A stretch of 64,000 bases of DNA from Cyanophora paradoxa CCMP329 (GCA_004431415.1 QPMI01000396.1:49105-113104), one strand, 5' to 3'; shown: positions 44,368 through 58,600, counted from the first letter of the stretch. The notes: a model not told the origin generated them from the letters alone. Numbers and translations: made by a program.

Positions 44368-44731
44368 CTACTTGGCGCTTGAGGCGCGCCCAGTCCCACT
44401 TCGCCTCTCCTCCTCCTCCAGCGACCTGACCAAATGCTTGACCTGGCTTGCGGTCAGCTTGCCAAATGCAAATTGAGACGCTGGCAAATCACTTGGTACT
44501 GTAGTTTCGATACTTCGCTCTGAAGCTTGGCCTGCGTCTGCAGTGCCTGCGTGCGCTCGAGCCGTCAGAAGCGCGCGTTCCCGAGGCGGTGCGGTAGCTG
44601 CGCATGCGCACCTTGTCTCGCTCGGCCGACACTCGCGCGAGCTCGGCAAGCAAATCGTTGGAAGCTCCGCTCATTTCAAGCTTTGAGACGCGTGCCTGGA
44701 GCGAGGATAACTCGGCTTGCGCGACGTCCAT
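44368..44731 (-). CDS. Small three-exon coiled-coil protein
   Basis: MDVAQAELSSLQARVSKLE...ERDK | AKLQSEVSKLQYQ | VKHLVRSLEEEE with GT...CAG introns; head-to-head with rpl10. Confidence 0.6.
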
Positions 44732-44822
44732 GCAGATGCCCAAGACGAAGCCAGTCCGTCTGTTCCAGTATCCCCCCGAACCCGGTGTTGAGGGGTACAG
44801 TTCGTTCGCTCAGATCAGCACC

Positions 44823-45963
44823 ATGTTCGCCGCCTGCGCCCCGGTCTGCGCGAAGAAGAGCTTCCTCGCTGGCTCCACCAGCGAGAAGCGCACCATCTGC
44901 GCCGCGGCGCCCCAGTCTGGGGTGCGTCCAGCGATCTGGCCAAAAAATCTTGCGGGCCGGCTAGCGTCTCCGGCGACGCGGCGGGCGCGCAGCCGCTGTA
45001 GCCGGCCGAATGATGTCGTCATTAGCCGTTCTAGGCGCCAGACGCGAGCTCTCGCGACATCCGGCGTTCTGACTCGCGACGGTGCAGGTCCGCATGGCTC
45101 GCACCAAGAGCCAGAAGAACGCGTCGCTGGCGGCGCTGAAGGAGGAGCTCAATGGCGCTCAGGCGGTGTTCGCTCTTGAGTACAAGGGCCTGCTCCACAA
45201 GCAGTTCGAGGACCTGCGCAAGAAGATGCCCGAGGGCACCAAGATTCAGGTTCGCGGTTCCATGCAAGGCGCTCCATTGTTCTGGATGCGAATCTAGACG
45301 TGGATAGAGGAGACGCGATGCGCACGGCGGCGCGGCGCGCTGCGTTTCTGTGCGGGGAGATAATCTTGCTGGTTGCGCGACCTGGGCGACGGAGGGATCT
45401 GATTCGCTAGAACGTGTGTCTTATCATTCCCTTTTCTCTTTCGTAGGTGGCGAAGAACACCATCATGAACCTGGCGATCAAGGAGCAGCCCCAGATGGTG
45501 CAGCTCGGCGACTTCCTCGCTGGCCCCAACGCCTTCTTCATTGTGAAGGAGGACGTTCCCTCGACCCTGAAGGCGTTCTCGGCGTACGTGAAGGAGAACA
45601 AGATCGAGGGCGTCACCTTCCGCGGTGGTGTCTTCGACGGCTCGGTGCGTGCTGGGCCTCGCTGCGCTGTGCCCGCCCCGCTTCGCCACAGAGCTGACGC
45701 CCTTCCGCGCAGCTCATCAACAGCGGCGACATCAAGAAGCTGGAGAACATGCCGTCCCGCACCGAGCTCATGGCGCAGCTCGCGCGCGCGCTCAACGCCG
45801 TGCCCACCAAGCTCGCGGTCGGCGTCAACGCCGTCCCGACGAAGCTCGCCCGCGCGGTCAACCTCGCGCTCGTCGGTGCGCAGCGCGTCGCCTCTCAGCC
45901 CGCCGTCAGCGACCTGCCGCTGACGCGCGCGCGCGCGCCGCGGCAGAGGGCAAGTCGGAATAA
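44823..45963 (+). CDS. rpl10: Plastid 50S ribosomal protein L10, nucleus-encoded with transit peptide
   Basis: MFAACAPVCAKKSFLAG leader; YKGL...LRK, VAKNTIM..A, LAGPNAF, RGGVFDG, MPSRTELMAQLARALNAVPTKLAVGVNAVP. Confidence 0.93.
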
Positions 45964-46383
45964 GCTTCCGCGCGCTTGTGGGGGCTGGCGAGAGCTCTTT
46001 TTGGAGCTGGATCGCAGGCCCGTCCTCAGCAGCAGTAGTCGCGGCCCTCAGGTGAACAACCGGCGACCTCGGGGGCGTCTTGGAACCCGCCGGCAGCAGC
46101 TTCGAGCGATGGACTCTGGCCAGGGCATCTTTAAGCAGAACTCAGCAGCGGCGCCCGCCGTTTTTGCAATAGTAGATAGGCGCATGGGCGGTAGCTCGCC
46201 TGTGCATTTCACTTCACTATTCCCCTCTTCCTCTGTGTTCTTCTCTTTGCGCTTCTTTGCGTCTTTTATGATCCGAATCAATCGGATGTTCGATTCAGCA
46301 ACCTGCGACGCCCCCGGCCCGCGTAACACGGCAGTTGACGTGGTTCCTTTCGCATTGCCTCAAAGCACAAACGCAGGGCGGGC

Positions 46384-49300
46384 CTAGTCCTCGCCTTCGC
46401 TGGCCGATCCCGGGCCGGGGCCCGACCCCTCGTTCGGTACCGGCTGTGGGGGGTCCCGCGCCCCTGCCGGCGCCGGGAGTGCGCGTGCGTGCACGTGGCG
46501 GGCGGAAGAGGTCGCGAGGGGGAGGGCTGAGGGGGCCCCAGGGTGCACGCGGTTCGGGGGCGGATTGCGAGGGGGGATCTCTGCGGGGTCGGGGAACACC
46601 CGGCGGGGGGTACCGCGCTGCGCGGAGAGTGGCCGGGGCTGCTGCTCATGCTGCTGATGAGGGGACTCGGAGGGGTCGGGGAAGACCCGCCGCGGGGTAC
46701 CGCGCTGCCCGAGGGCCGGGGGGCCGCGGGCGGAGCTCGAGGGGGGCCCCTCGGACCCCTCGGGCGCCACGCGGCGGCTCGCAGAGGCCGGGCGACCGGG
46801 GACGGCAGAGGTGGCGGCCTGGCGCGGAGAGGCCGCCGCCGGCGGCTGCGCCGGTCCGACCCGCCGCGAGGCCGAGGCGGGGCGGGCGCCGCCGCCGCCG
46901 GCGAACCGCTGCGGGTGAAAATGGGCGCGGCGGCGGGGAGACGCATGGATGGGGGCACAAAAGGCACCTGCTGCACGGCGAGGGTCGAGCGGCGGCCGGG
47001 GCCCGAGGGGGCCGGGGCCTGCGCGGCCGAGCCGCGTCGGGGCCCGGCGCGGGGCGCCCGCCTCCTCTCGCCCCTCTCGTCCTCGTCCTCCTCGTCCTCG
47101 TCCTCGTCCTCGGACCCGCTCAGGTTCGGGAACACTGCGCTGCTGTGTTAGGGGGCGGCGCGGAGGCGGGAGCCGCGGCCGGGCGGGCGAGGCGCCAGCG
47201 CGCGCGCGCGCGCGCCTGTGCCGCGGTGCGTGCCAAGGGGCCCGCGCCGGTGGCGCGCCGACCTCCTCGCTCCATCCTCCTCCTCCTCGTCGTCGTCATC
47301 ATCCTCCTCCTCGTCCTCGTCGTCCACCGCTGCAGCGCCGCGAAGTCGGGGGTCCAAAAAGCCACCCAGTTGCTCTCGAGAACGGCCCGCTCACCGTAGG
47401 AGAGGCGACCCATGCGGCGGCCGCGGCGGGCGGGGGCGACCCGCCGCCCCTCACCCCGGGCCTTCCGCCCCGCCCCGCCGCCGCCGGCGCTGCCGGCCAG
47501 CACGCGGCCAGGCGGGCCAGGGCGCCGCCGGCAGCCCCGCGCCGCTCCTCTTCTGCAGCCGCTCGCATCTCGCTCCCGTCTGCAAGCGGGTCAGGGGTGG
47601 GGGTGGGGTGGGTCAGGGTGGGGGTGGGGTGGGGGGGGTGGGGGGGGGTCGGGGGGTACGCGCCGTACTCGACGACTGCGTGGGAGGCGCCGGCGCCGCG
47701 CGTGAGGGGCTCGAGGGCCGCCTCCTCCCCCCGCCCGGGCCCGCCGCCCGCGCCGCCCGCGCCGCCGCCCCCGCACGCGGTGGTACGCCACGAAGCCCGC
47801 GCTGCGGCGAGCCGCAGTCAGCGAGTCAGCGAGTACGGAGCTGAAGAGCGAGAGCAGTCGACAGACCAGGCCGCGAGGACCAGAGTGAAGCCGCCAACGG
47901 TCAGTCCGACCACCAGCCAGGGGCCCGCCGCGCCCCTCAGGGCGGGGTCTGCCGGCCCGTCGGCGGCGCAGGGCGCGCGGCGCGCGGCGCGGCACTGTAC
48001 CCTGCGTGACAGCAACGGAGAGAAGGGGCAGATCGCCGCCGAGGGCTTCCTGCCGGGGTACGTCATTCCGTATGAGGAGATTAAGAGAAAGGCGCGCGCC
48101 TGGAGCTGCCAGGCGGCGGGGACGGGACCCTCCGTGATCCCGGCGAGCCGGGCGCGCGCTTCAGCCGCCGAGAGCGAGGGCCTCTCGGCGTCCAGGACCT
48201 GGAGAAGGAGGGGATTTAGGGGGTACGGGATCTCAATCTCGGGATTTCGGGGTACGCGCCTCGAGGAGGAGGACGGCGCTCCCGCGGAGCAGCTCCAGGG
48301 GTAGCACGCTGTTGCGGGGCGTCGGCGGGGCGTGCGGCGGGCGCAGGGACGGGAAGCTCAAAGGGCACCGGGCGGGATCGATCCCGAGGGCGGCCGCGAG
48401 GCGCTGCTGCAGGGCGTCCGCGAAGTCGGACTCGAAGGACTCGAACCTGCGATGACGGCAATGAACGGAAGGAACGCGCACCCATGAAAAGAGAGAGGCT
48501 CGAGCTCGGGCACGATATGTTGAGCGTGACGCGGATGACGAGGGACGTGACGAGCGGGACGGCTTCGGAGAAAGCGCATCAGAAGAGGTTCGGGGGGCGC
48601 GGGGGCGGGGGGAGGGGGCGCACCGGGGGCGAAGGAGAGGGCGGCGGGGAGGGCGGCGGGGCCGTGGGAGGCGGAGAGGACGGAGAGGGGCCACGCGCCC
48701 GTCCCCACCGAGAGCGGCCGCGGGCCTACCAGCACGATCTGAGGCCGCCGCGGCGCCCCGCGGCCGGCGAGTCAGACCACAGCCTCGCGGCGGGCGGGGC
48801 GCGCCCGGCGCACCGTGTCCGGGGACACGCGGATCGTGCGGGTGAGGTCCACGGCGCGGTGCCCCACGCGAACCTGCCGCGGGGTAAAGGAAAGCGCGGG
48901 ACGAAGGGGGGTACAGGGGCCCGCCTCGAGGAGGTCGGCGCGGTTCGGGGGCAGGTCGGCGCCGCGGAGGGTGAGCGTGAGGGCGGCGAGCCTGCGCAGG
49001 GAGGAGCTGGCGTAAGAGGGATGCCACGAGGCGAACGGCGGGCGGGCAGACACCGGATCTCCCGGACGGAGATCGAGGCCGGCTCGACGGACAGGAGGCG
49101 GGGCCCTGCGAGGGAAGCCCGGCTCAGGCGCGCGGGGCGGGCCGGGGGGAGGGAGCCGCCCCACAAGAGAGCGGCGCGGCTCAGCTGGGCCGCTCGGGAA
49201 AGCGGGGGCGGACCGACGAGGGCGATGGGCCCGGCGACGGCCTCTACCGAGGGGTCCGTCGCCGAGACGAGGCGCACCCGGTACGAGCTGCCGGCGAGGC

Positions 49301-52292
49301 GCCGGGCGAGGCAGGTCGGCGAGCGGATCGAGGAGGGAGGGCAGCGGGCGCGCACTCGATCGGGGCGTCCAGGGGCACGGTCCACTCGAGGCCCCACGGG
49401 TTCGTCACGTTCTCCGCGATCGTCAGCACGTTCTGGGAGTGCGTCATTCCGGAGGCGGGGGTACGGGTGGACACGGGCGCGCGGGTCGCTGGAGTCCCTC
49501 CCCCTCGGGGGCACTAACGACCTGCTCCAGAAAGGCGCTGGGGGGTACGAGGTCGGCGCGGAAAAAGGGTTGCCGCATCTGAAGGATGGCGGGGGGCACC
49601 TGATGCGGGGGTAGGGGGAGCCGGCCCAGAGGATACGGGTACGGTTGCCCCGGAGCCAGGAGGAGGGGGGCTCCAGGGACGTCAGACGGAGCTCGCCTGC
49701 CACAGCGTTCGGCGAACGGAGCAATCAGAAGGAAGGGGGTAGAGGAGCGGGGCGGGGCGCGGGGCGCGCCCTTGACGATGGAGAAGGAGGGCGTGTAGCG
49801 CGCGTCGTAGGGCTGCACGGGGGGGGGGGGGGTGTTAGAGGCCCGGCGGAGTTCGATCGAGGCCGCGCCCGCGCACGTTGTCGGTGGGAGTGAGGCGGAC
49901 GTAGTACCCGTCCCGGGGGATTATGGTGGGGGGTACGAGGATCTCGACCTGGTTGGTGCCGCGGAGGTTCGGGGCCCCGAGAGCTATGGGGAGGGCCTCG
50001 GCCCCCCGGTCCTCTGGAGATGTACCCCTCTCCAGCAGGACGACGTCCACCCGGGGGTAGTTCCCCAGCGCTGCGGACCTTAGGGGGGTACGAGAGAAGA
50101 AGGCGGAGGAAGGGGGTACCGGTCCAGCGGACGAGGAGGCGGGTGCCGCGAACGATCGCTGCGCCCGGAAGGGGGAGGAGGCTGCCGGGGCGCGGTCGGC
50201 GCAGGGGGAGGAGAGGGAAGGGGTATGGGATCGCTCACAAGTCGAAGGGCTCGGTGACGAGGGATACGAGACTCTTGGAGACGTCGGAAACAAGCGGGTC
50301 CCGCACGCTCGAGATCCTGAGGCTGTAGTCCCCCGGCGGCAGCGTCGGCTGCCGTACCCAGTCAGGGGGGGGAAGGAGGAAGAGAAGGAAGGGGGTACCG
50401 GGACAGTCCAGGAGAAGGAGCCCGTGTTCGGGGCGCCGCTCGCGACAACGACGGGCGGGCGGGTGCGAAGCCGGCGGTTCGTCAGCTGAGGTCGGCGGTC
50501 AGGGGCAGCGGGCGGAGAGGGAGGGATACGCGTTTCTCGCCTGGATGGAGACGCGCTGTACGTCCCCGCGGGCGATCCACGTGATGGGGTACGTCTCGCG
50601 GGGCTTGACGTAGCGGGGTACCCCCTTCAGCTTCAGCGAGCCCAATTTGATCGCGATCGCAACGGCGCCCTCCACCAGCCCGTCCGCCGTGCACCTGGCG
50701 GGGAGGGTACGTGAAAACGGGCGGTGCGAGGGGATCGCGAAGGCGGCTGCACCAGATGGTGAGGCGGTAGACGCCGGGGCCGACGGCCTCGCCGCTGGCG
50801 GACTCGGGCGGGCTCCACACCAGCGAGGCTGCGGGCGGGGCCCCCCGGGCGGCTTGGAGGGGGCCCCGGCCGGCGCCGGCGCGCTCGAGCTGGAGGGGAG
50901 GGGGAGAGCGCACGGCCCCGCGCGGCCTCCGCCAGCGTGGCGGAGAAGGGCGGGTCGTCCCTGGAGACGAAGACGTCGTACCCGGGGAGCATGCGCCCCT
51001 GGGCGTCCTCCACGGCCGGGCACTCGGCGTCGGGCCCCAGGCGCCAGGCGACCGTCACGGCGTCCCCCAGCACGATGTCCGTCGAGTACAGCGGCGCCGT
51101 GATCGCCACGCCCCCTGCCGCCCCGAGTCACGCGGGGCGGAGGGGGGTACGCGGCGCGGTTCGCCCTCGCCCGCGCGCCCGCGATGGTGAAGACCTCCGA
51201 CTCGGCGTACACGTCGGGGTCCAGGGGGTACGAGACCGCGATCTGCGGAGGGGGGAAGTAAGGGAAGGGTACAGAGGTGTGATCTTGGGGCGGTGCGCGC
51301 CTTGTAGGAGCCCGGGCGGTCCTCGAAGGTCGAGACCTGCCAGAGGAAGGAGGGGGGATTGATCTCCGCCGGGTTCGCCAGATTCTTGACCAGCTGGCCT
51401 GGAGGAGGCGGATCCGGAGGCGGGGGATATTTGGGTAGTAAAAGAAGGGGGAAAGAGACGGTCCGGGGGGTACGGTCCGCGCGCACCGTCCGGGGTCAGG
51501 AGGTTGATGTCGAGGTAGCCCATGTCGCCCTCGCTGCGAGCGGGCACCGGCGGGCGCGCGACTCAGAGAGACGGACCGGCGCTTTAGCTGAAAGATGGAG
51601 ATCATTTCGAATCTGTTCGAGCGGGAGCGCGCACTACATCCATACAACGCGGCAGGGCTCGCCGCGGTGGCAGAGGGCGCCCTCCAGCGGCTCCGCGACG
51701 GTCACGAGGCCCGCGTTGATCGAGAAGGCGTCGGACCGCGCCGTCGCCCCGCCGGCCAGCCGCAGGCGAACGAAGTACTCCCCGGTCGCCAGCGTCGCCG
51801 GCACCGTCCTGCGCGGCGGCGGGCGCTCAGAGGAAGGCGGCAGCGGGGCGGGCGGCCAGCAGAGTTCGAAGCCATCAGGAGAAGAGAGGCCGCGGCGTAC
51901 CATGCGAAGAGCGGTCCAGGGGCTTCGGCGGCGAGCTGCAGGGCTGCGGCCCCTGTCGCGGCGTCGCAGAGCTCGAGCCTCGCCGGCACCGCGGTCCCGT
52001 CGCTCGCGCGTTCCCATACCTGCGCTCGTCGTGCACTCGCTTAGGATGACGCGTCCCGTGCCCGCGGGACCGCCGGCGCTGAGCGCGGGACGAGCGCAAG
52101 CGCTCCCACGCTTTGCCATAGGCATGCGCGTGTACGCACCACAAAGTAGGTCCAGGCTCGCGTCCACGTCGAGTTGCCCAACGGGCTTCGGACGCGGATT
52201 GTAGGCGGCCCCGGCCCCTGTGCTTCGGTGGCGGAGACGGGAATTGCAAATGCTAGCAGCACCAGGGCCGCCAGCAACGCCCCGCGCTCCAT
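46384..52292 (-). CDS. Large secreted/type-I membrane protein with repeated Ig-like (Kre9/Knh1-like) beta domains, multi-exon
   Basis: Signal peptide MERGALLAALVLLAFAIP; repeated motifs NTGSFSWTVP, GEYFVRL...SDAFSI, ESEVFTI, YTPSFSI; TM WLVVGLTVGGFTLVLAAW; low-complexity tail; exon structure not fully resolved. Confidence 0.65.
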
Positions 52293-52524
52293 CCGGAGCC
52301 CGCGGGCCTGTTGCGGGCCGAGGTCAAGGCCGGTCGGGGGGTACGCGAGCTCAGAAGTTCACGTCGTCGGAAGTCGGCGGCACCACACACAGCGAGGTAC
52401 GCAGCGGCACGGCACTCTTGAATTTAGCACGGCTGTGGCGGAAAGATACCCGCCGGCCGATCCCGAAGTCGCGTGCTCGCCCTCTCGTCGCGTCCTCGCT
52501 CACCGCCGTGCGTCCTCGTTCAGA

Positions 52525-55341
52525 ATGGAGACTCGAAACTCTGCCTTCATCCCGGGGGCGGCCGTCCCGGCCCGGGCGGCTAGCCGTACCGAGGACATGA
52601 TCACCTCCCGCACCTGCAGCCTCCCGGCGGCGGCACACAGCCAGAACATCACACAGAGCCCCGCCGACAAGCGGACGGCGTTTGGCAGCTCCCTGCGCAT
52701 GCAGCATGGCGCTGTGCGCTCCGGCCGCAGCTTCTTCTTCGCCGGCCAGCATGCTCTCCGCCAGCAGGCCCCTCGGCCCAAGGCGATCCGCACCGCCATC
52801 ACGGCCTCGATGGACGTCGAGGGCGAGCCCGAGTTCAACCTCAGCCCCGCCGGTGAGCGAAAAATCTGTCATCGGCGGCCGGCGGCTGTTCCCTGCCTGA
52901 ACGCCGCCGGTTGCGTCATGGCGGTCTTCGGTGCCTGCTCACGCTCTGCAACGCAGGCGTTGGTGCGGCTAAGAGTCCCGGCCCGTCGTCGTACTCGAAG
53001 AAGAAGCCTTTCGTCTCGCGCTACAAGCCGGGCGAGCTGCGCAAGGGCTCCGACATCGTCGTCGAGGCGCTTGAGCGCGAGGGCGTCGATCTCGTCTTCG
53101 CTTACCCTGGCGGTGCCACCATGGAGATCCACCAGGCCCTGACCCGCGCCCCGAGCATCCGGTCCGCCCAGCCGCCGCCACCCCCCGCGCCGTCGCCACT
53201 GACGCCGCCACCGCTGCCGCCGCTGCCGCGCAGCAACATCCTCTGCCGTCACGAGCAGGGCGAGGTGTTCGCGGCCGAGGGCTACGCGAAGTGCTCGGGC
53301 AAGGTCGGCGTCTGCATTGCGACCTCGGGCCCCGGCGCGACGAACCTCGTCACTGGCATCGCCGACGCGCTCATGGACTCCGTGCCGATGGTCGCCATCA
53401 CCGGCCAGGTGCCCGCGCCCCCGCATGCCCTCTCGGCTTCTTCCCGTCGGGCCGACGCGCGGCGGCGGCGGCGGGGGTGCAGGTGCCGCGGCACTTGATC
53501 GGCAAGGACGCGTTCCAGGAGACGCCGATCATCGAGATCACGCGCTCGATCACCAAGCACAACCACCTCGTCACCACCGTCGAGGAGATCCCCCGCGGTG
53601 CGCACGCCGCCAGGAGCAGCGCAGCCGCCGCCGCCGCCGCCCGCCTGAGACGCGGTGCAGTGATCAAGGAGGCGTTCCACATCGCGCGGACGGGCCGCCC
53701 TGGCCCTGTGCTCGTCGACATCCCCAAGGACATCCAGCAGACGATGCACTGCCCCGTCTGGCCCGACGAGATCGACATCCCCGGGTGCCCTCGGCTCCCT
53801 TTCCCTCTTCCATTTCTTCTCTCTCTCTTTCTCTCTCTTCTGACGGCGACGGCTGGGAAGGTACGCGGAGCCGCCTCAGGCGACGATCGCGGACATGGAG
53901 GAGGTGGCGCAGGCGATCTGCGCGGCGAAGAAGCCCGTGCTCTACGTCGGCGGCGGCGCCCTCCACGCGGCGGAGGAGGTGAAGGCGCTCGTCAAGCGCA
54001 CCGGCATCCCCGTCGCCCAGGCCCGCCCGCCCCCTCTCCGCCCCGCCTCGGCCCACTCGGCTTCCTCGCCGGCTGACGCCACGCCGCGCGGCACGCAGAC
54101 CCTCATGGGCCTCGGCTCCTTCCCCATGACCGACCCGCTCGCCCTCGAGATGCTCGGTCCGCCCCTCGCCCCGCCCCGCCTCGCCTCGCGACGCGCGGCG
54201 CGCGGCGCGGCTCACCCTCGCGGGCGCGCAGGCATGCACGGCACCGTCTACGCGAACTACGCCGTCCACAACTGCGACCTGCTGCTCGCCTTTGGCGTGC
54301 GCTTCGACGACCGTGTGACGGGCAAGCTCGAGAAGTTCGCGCAGGGCGCCAAGGTAACCCACCGTGCTCGGCGGCACCTCCCCCCGGGCCTGACGAGAGC
54401 GCTCCGCCTTTCAGATCGTGCACATCGACATCGACGCGGCGGAGATCGACAAGAACAAGGTGGCGGCGATCGCGGTGCAGTCGGACATCAAGCCGGCGCT
54501 GCAGCTGCTGAACAAGCTCCTGGACGAGCGGACGTCGCGGGCCGAGCCCAAGGCGGACATCAAGGAGTGGGTGGACGCGGTGGAGACCGTGCGCAGGGCG
54601 AACCCGCTGATGTACTCGAACATGATCGACCTGCCGGCGAACGGCAGCATCCTGCCGCAGCACGCCATCCAGCTCCTGTGGGAGATGACCAAGGGCAAGG
54701 CCGTCGTCAGCACGGGGGTCGGGCAGCACCAGATGTGGGCCGCCCAGTACTACAAGTTCGACGAGCCGCGCAACTGGGTCACGTCGGGCGGCCTCGGCTC
54801 GATGGGCTTCGGCCTCCCCTCGGCCCTCGGCTGCGCCGCCGCGCGCCCCGAGGACGTGATCGTGAACATCGACGGCGACGGCTCCTTCTGCATGAACGTC
54901 CAGGAGCTCGCCACCTGCTACGTCGAGAAGCTCGGCGTCAAGGCGATCCCTCCTCTTCTTCCTTCTTGTCTTTTCCTGCCTCTCCCTGACGAGAGCCGCC
55001 GCCCGCAGACGGTGATCCTGAACAACCAGCACCTGGGGATGGTGGTGCAGTGGGAGGACCGCTTCTACGAGAGCAACCGCGGCGACACGTTCATCGGCGA
55101 CCCGACGGGCGAGGGCATCTACCCCGACTTCGTCGAGGTCGCCCGCGGCTTCCGCGTGCCCGCCGAGCGCGTCACCAAGTGGGCCGACCTGCGCGGCGCC
55201 TACGAGCGGATGCTGGCGACGCCCGGCCCCTACCTCCTCGACGTCATCGTGCCCCACCAGGAGCACGTGCTGCCCATGATCCCCGGCGGCCAGTCCTTCG
55301 ACGAGGTCATCACCACGCCCTGGAAGCCCGAGGAGCCCTGA
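52525..55341 (+). CDS. ilvB: Acetolactate synthase catalytic subunit, plastid-targeted, multi-exon
   Basis: [72 protein letters not shown]...[16 protein letters not shown]; leader [11 protein letters not shown]...RSFFFAG. Confidence 0.96.
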
Positions 55342-55699
55342 GGCGCCCTCCGCCCGCTTCTTTCGCCCTCCCCTAGCCCCCGTAGTTCCCGTCCCTGTGT
55401 GTGAAGTGCTTATCGTATTCGCTTCGACGCCCGCTTCCTGCGCGCGGGGGCTCTGGCTGTGGGCAAGGGAGGAAATAGAAGAAAAGACGGATGTGAGCAC
55501 GGCGAGCAGCTATAGCTAGGCTGTACAAGCTTATAATTAAAAGAGGCATATGCATGCAGTCCGCCGGCGCTGGCGGTTGAACGGGCAGCCTTTGCCGGGT
55601 ACGTATACGGGCCTACAGCTACCTCGCGGCCTGCGACCGTCCGACAGTCGGACCAGCGCTAGCCGCTGAGATCGGCGCTTGAGAGCCGCAGAGCTGCGC

Positions 55700-58600
55700 A
55701 TGCCTGGGCCGGACCCGGCGGCTGAGGACGCCGCGATCCTCGTGTTCGATGAGGCCGAGCTGAGCCCAGAGGACGCGCGCGAGCGGCTGGCGCGCAACGG
55801 AGACCGTGTCTGGGTCTTTAATCTCGCGAACCAGATCGTGAGCGCGCTGTCGTCGACTCGCGCCGGCTGCAGCGCTGAAGCGCGTTCGCAGGCGAGGGGC
55901 GACCTCGATGTGGCGTGCGCGGCGGCGCTGGCCGCCGGCGCTTCAGCACTGCCTCACATCGAGCTCCCAGAGCACGTAGCCCTGCCCGCCGCGGCGGTGC
56001 AGAAGGCCGGATCGCGCGACATGGCAGGCGAGCAGCCGAGGGCCGGGCTCTGATCATGATCGGGCGAGCGGGGCTGACGCGGGGCGGCGTAGCGCTGGCG
56101 CAGGCGGGCGCGCAGCTCCCGCAGGAAGCGCTGCCCGTTCTGCGCGCCCTCCTCTTCGCCCTGGAGGACGCGGCGCTCGCGGAGCGCATCGGTCGCCTTC
56201 ACATACTCGTGCGCTCGCCCGCGCCGCAGCAGCAGCCGCCGCCGCTGCTCAGAGGCTATTTTGAGCTTGGCCTCGATCTCCCAGGTCAGCGACCTCGACC
56301 TGATCTTCGGTGCGCCGCCGAGCTCCAGGCTCGGCAGAGCCCCGGGGCGCAGCGCGGGCCCGCTGAGCGCGCCGCGGCGCAGAGAACCGGCCCGAGTTCG
56401 ACAACAAGGCGCCCCACACGGTGGGCCAGGCCGCGCAGCCGCGTAGCCCGGCGCAGGCCCGGGGCCTAGCTGACGCGCGGGACTCGTGGGGGCAGCTGGG
56501 CCCGCCCTTCTCGCTCTTCACGGCGCCGCGGGCGCTGCAGCCGCGCACGGGCAAGCTCCTCTTCGTCCTCAACTACGCCGCCCTCCGCTTCCCCAAGGCG
56601 AGGGGCCCGGGCGCCCCGGGGCCCTCCCGGAGCCTCCCCCGAGCTCAGCTGAGTGCGGCGGCCGCTCGCCCGCGCCGCAGGTCGTCGCCCGCTTCGCGCC
56701 GTACCGCTGGAAGCCCTCCCCGGCCGCCGCCGCCGGGGATGGGGCCTCCCGTGCAAGCGGGCCCTCGGGCTCCGGGGGGCCTTCGCCGCCCCCCGCGCCG
56801 CCGGCTGCGGCCGAGGCGGTGCGGCCGCTGCTGCCGGGCGAGGGCGAGGTCTACCTCGGGGGACTCCCGGGGGGTACGACCGAGGCCGACGTGCGCGCCG
56901 CCACGGCCCCCTTCGGCCCCCTCCGCTCCGTGTCCCTGTACCCCGAACGCGTGCGCTCGCTTCTTCCCCGGCCCGGCCGAACTTCCCCGCGCGGGTTCGA
57001 TCGCGAAGTCGCAGGGCTTCGCGTTTGTTGGGTACGAGGCGCTCGAGGGGCAGCACCGCGCGCTGCAGCGCGGCGAGGCGCGTATTCCCCTAATACCCTC
57101 CGAGCCGCATATGACTCGGGGAGGCCGGGTACAGGTGACGATACTTGGCCAGCGGGTGGCGGTGGTGCAGCGAAGGAACCGGCCCGGGGGCGCCGGCGGG
57201 CCGCCGCCGCCCCGCGGCGCGCCATCTCCCCCGCCGCTCCCCACCGCGGCCCCACACCCTGTACCCCCCGCCCTGCCCGAGGGGTCGGTTGCGCTTCGTC
57301 CCATCGGCGCGCGCGGGTCTCTCGCTTCGCCTCCCGCAGGCAGATGGGGCCCTGACCGGCGGTGGCCGCCGCAGGCACGTTCGAGAGCTGCTTCGATGGG
57401 AAGCGCGGGACGCCGCGGCAGGGGCTCCTCTGCCCGGGCAGCCGCGGCCGCCTCACCCTCCGGTGCGGCGAGCCCCACCACCTCAAATGTCAGCAGCGCG
57501 GGCCGTCTTGGCGGGCTCCTCCTCCTCCTCTCCGGGGGGGCCCGGCCCACGGCCCTCCCGCCATCCGGCGGCCTCTCCACTAGAAGCCTCCGAAAGGGCC
57601 GTCGACGTCTCTCCCCCCTGAAAGGGGCGCAGCGGGGACCTGAACCCGCGGGACGCGCTCGAGGGCCTGGACCGCTTCTCCCACGTCTGGCTCATCTTCC
57701 TCTTCCACCAGGTACCCCCCCGTCCCCCCCCCCCCGTCTTCTTAACGTTTCGTGATGTCTCCGATGTGTCCTATCTTCCTTTTAAATAAACCCGTCTAAG
57801 CCCGTCTCGTCCTTCAACAATCGGTCTCCAGCCCGCCTCGTCCCTTCCTTCTGCGCTAGCTATCTCAGCGTAGACTCTGCAAGCGTGAAGCCCCGCGAGC
57901 TCCCTCGCCGCTGCCAGGCTGAGGCGGGGCGGGGCGGGGCGGGGCAGAACAACAACCTGGTCTACTCGGCGAAGGTCGAGCCGCCCCGCCTCGGCGGCGC
58001 CAGGGTCCGACGCCTGCTCCCGCCCCGCCCCGCCAACCCCCTCCTCCTCCTCTCCTCTGAGGCGGGGGCGCCAGGTGGGGGTCTTCGCGACGCGGAGCCC
58101 GCACCGGCCGAACAGCGTCGGCCTCTCCGTCGCCCGCCTCGACCGCCTCGAGGGTCCGCCCCGCCCCTCTGAAGCTCACATTAGCCGAGCGGAGTCGCGG
58201 CGGGCCCATGAGACGTCTCGTTCGGCGTCTCCAGAGCGCCCTTGACGTGCGCATGGGGGCGCCCCTATAGCTAGCCTGATGCCCCCGCCGCGCCCCCGCG
58301 CAGGGCCCACGCTGCTGCTCTCCGGGGTGGACCTCGTGGACGGCACCCCCGTCCTCGACGTCAAGCGCGCCGCGCCCCCCGCCCCGCCCCGGCCCCCCTT
58401 CCCCCCCGCGCCCCCGCTGACGCCGCCCTGCGGGCTCCCCGTCCAGGCCCTACGTGGTCCGCGTCACCCCGGCTCCGCCCCGACCCGCCCCGCGCGAACC
58501 TAGAACTAGAACGTCGGTCCAGAGCGCCCTTTGAGGGGGCTATAGCTAGAACTCCCCTCCCCTCCCCCAGCCTCACCGCGCCGCCTAGTCTCCGCGCGCC

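Noticed and set aside
46278-50083. Many long overlapping Arg/Pro/Gly/Ala-rich ORFs (e.g. 46949..48304, 48484..49614)
   Set aside because: Expected by-product of very high GC and rare stop codons; explained by the spliced minus-strand gene
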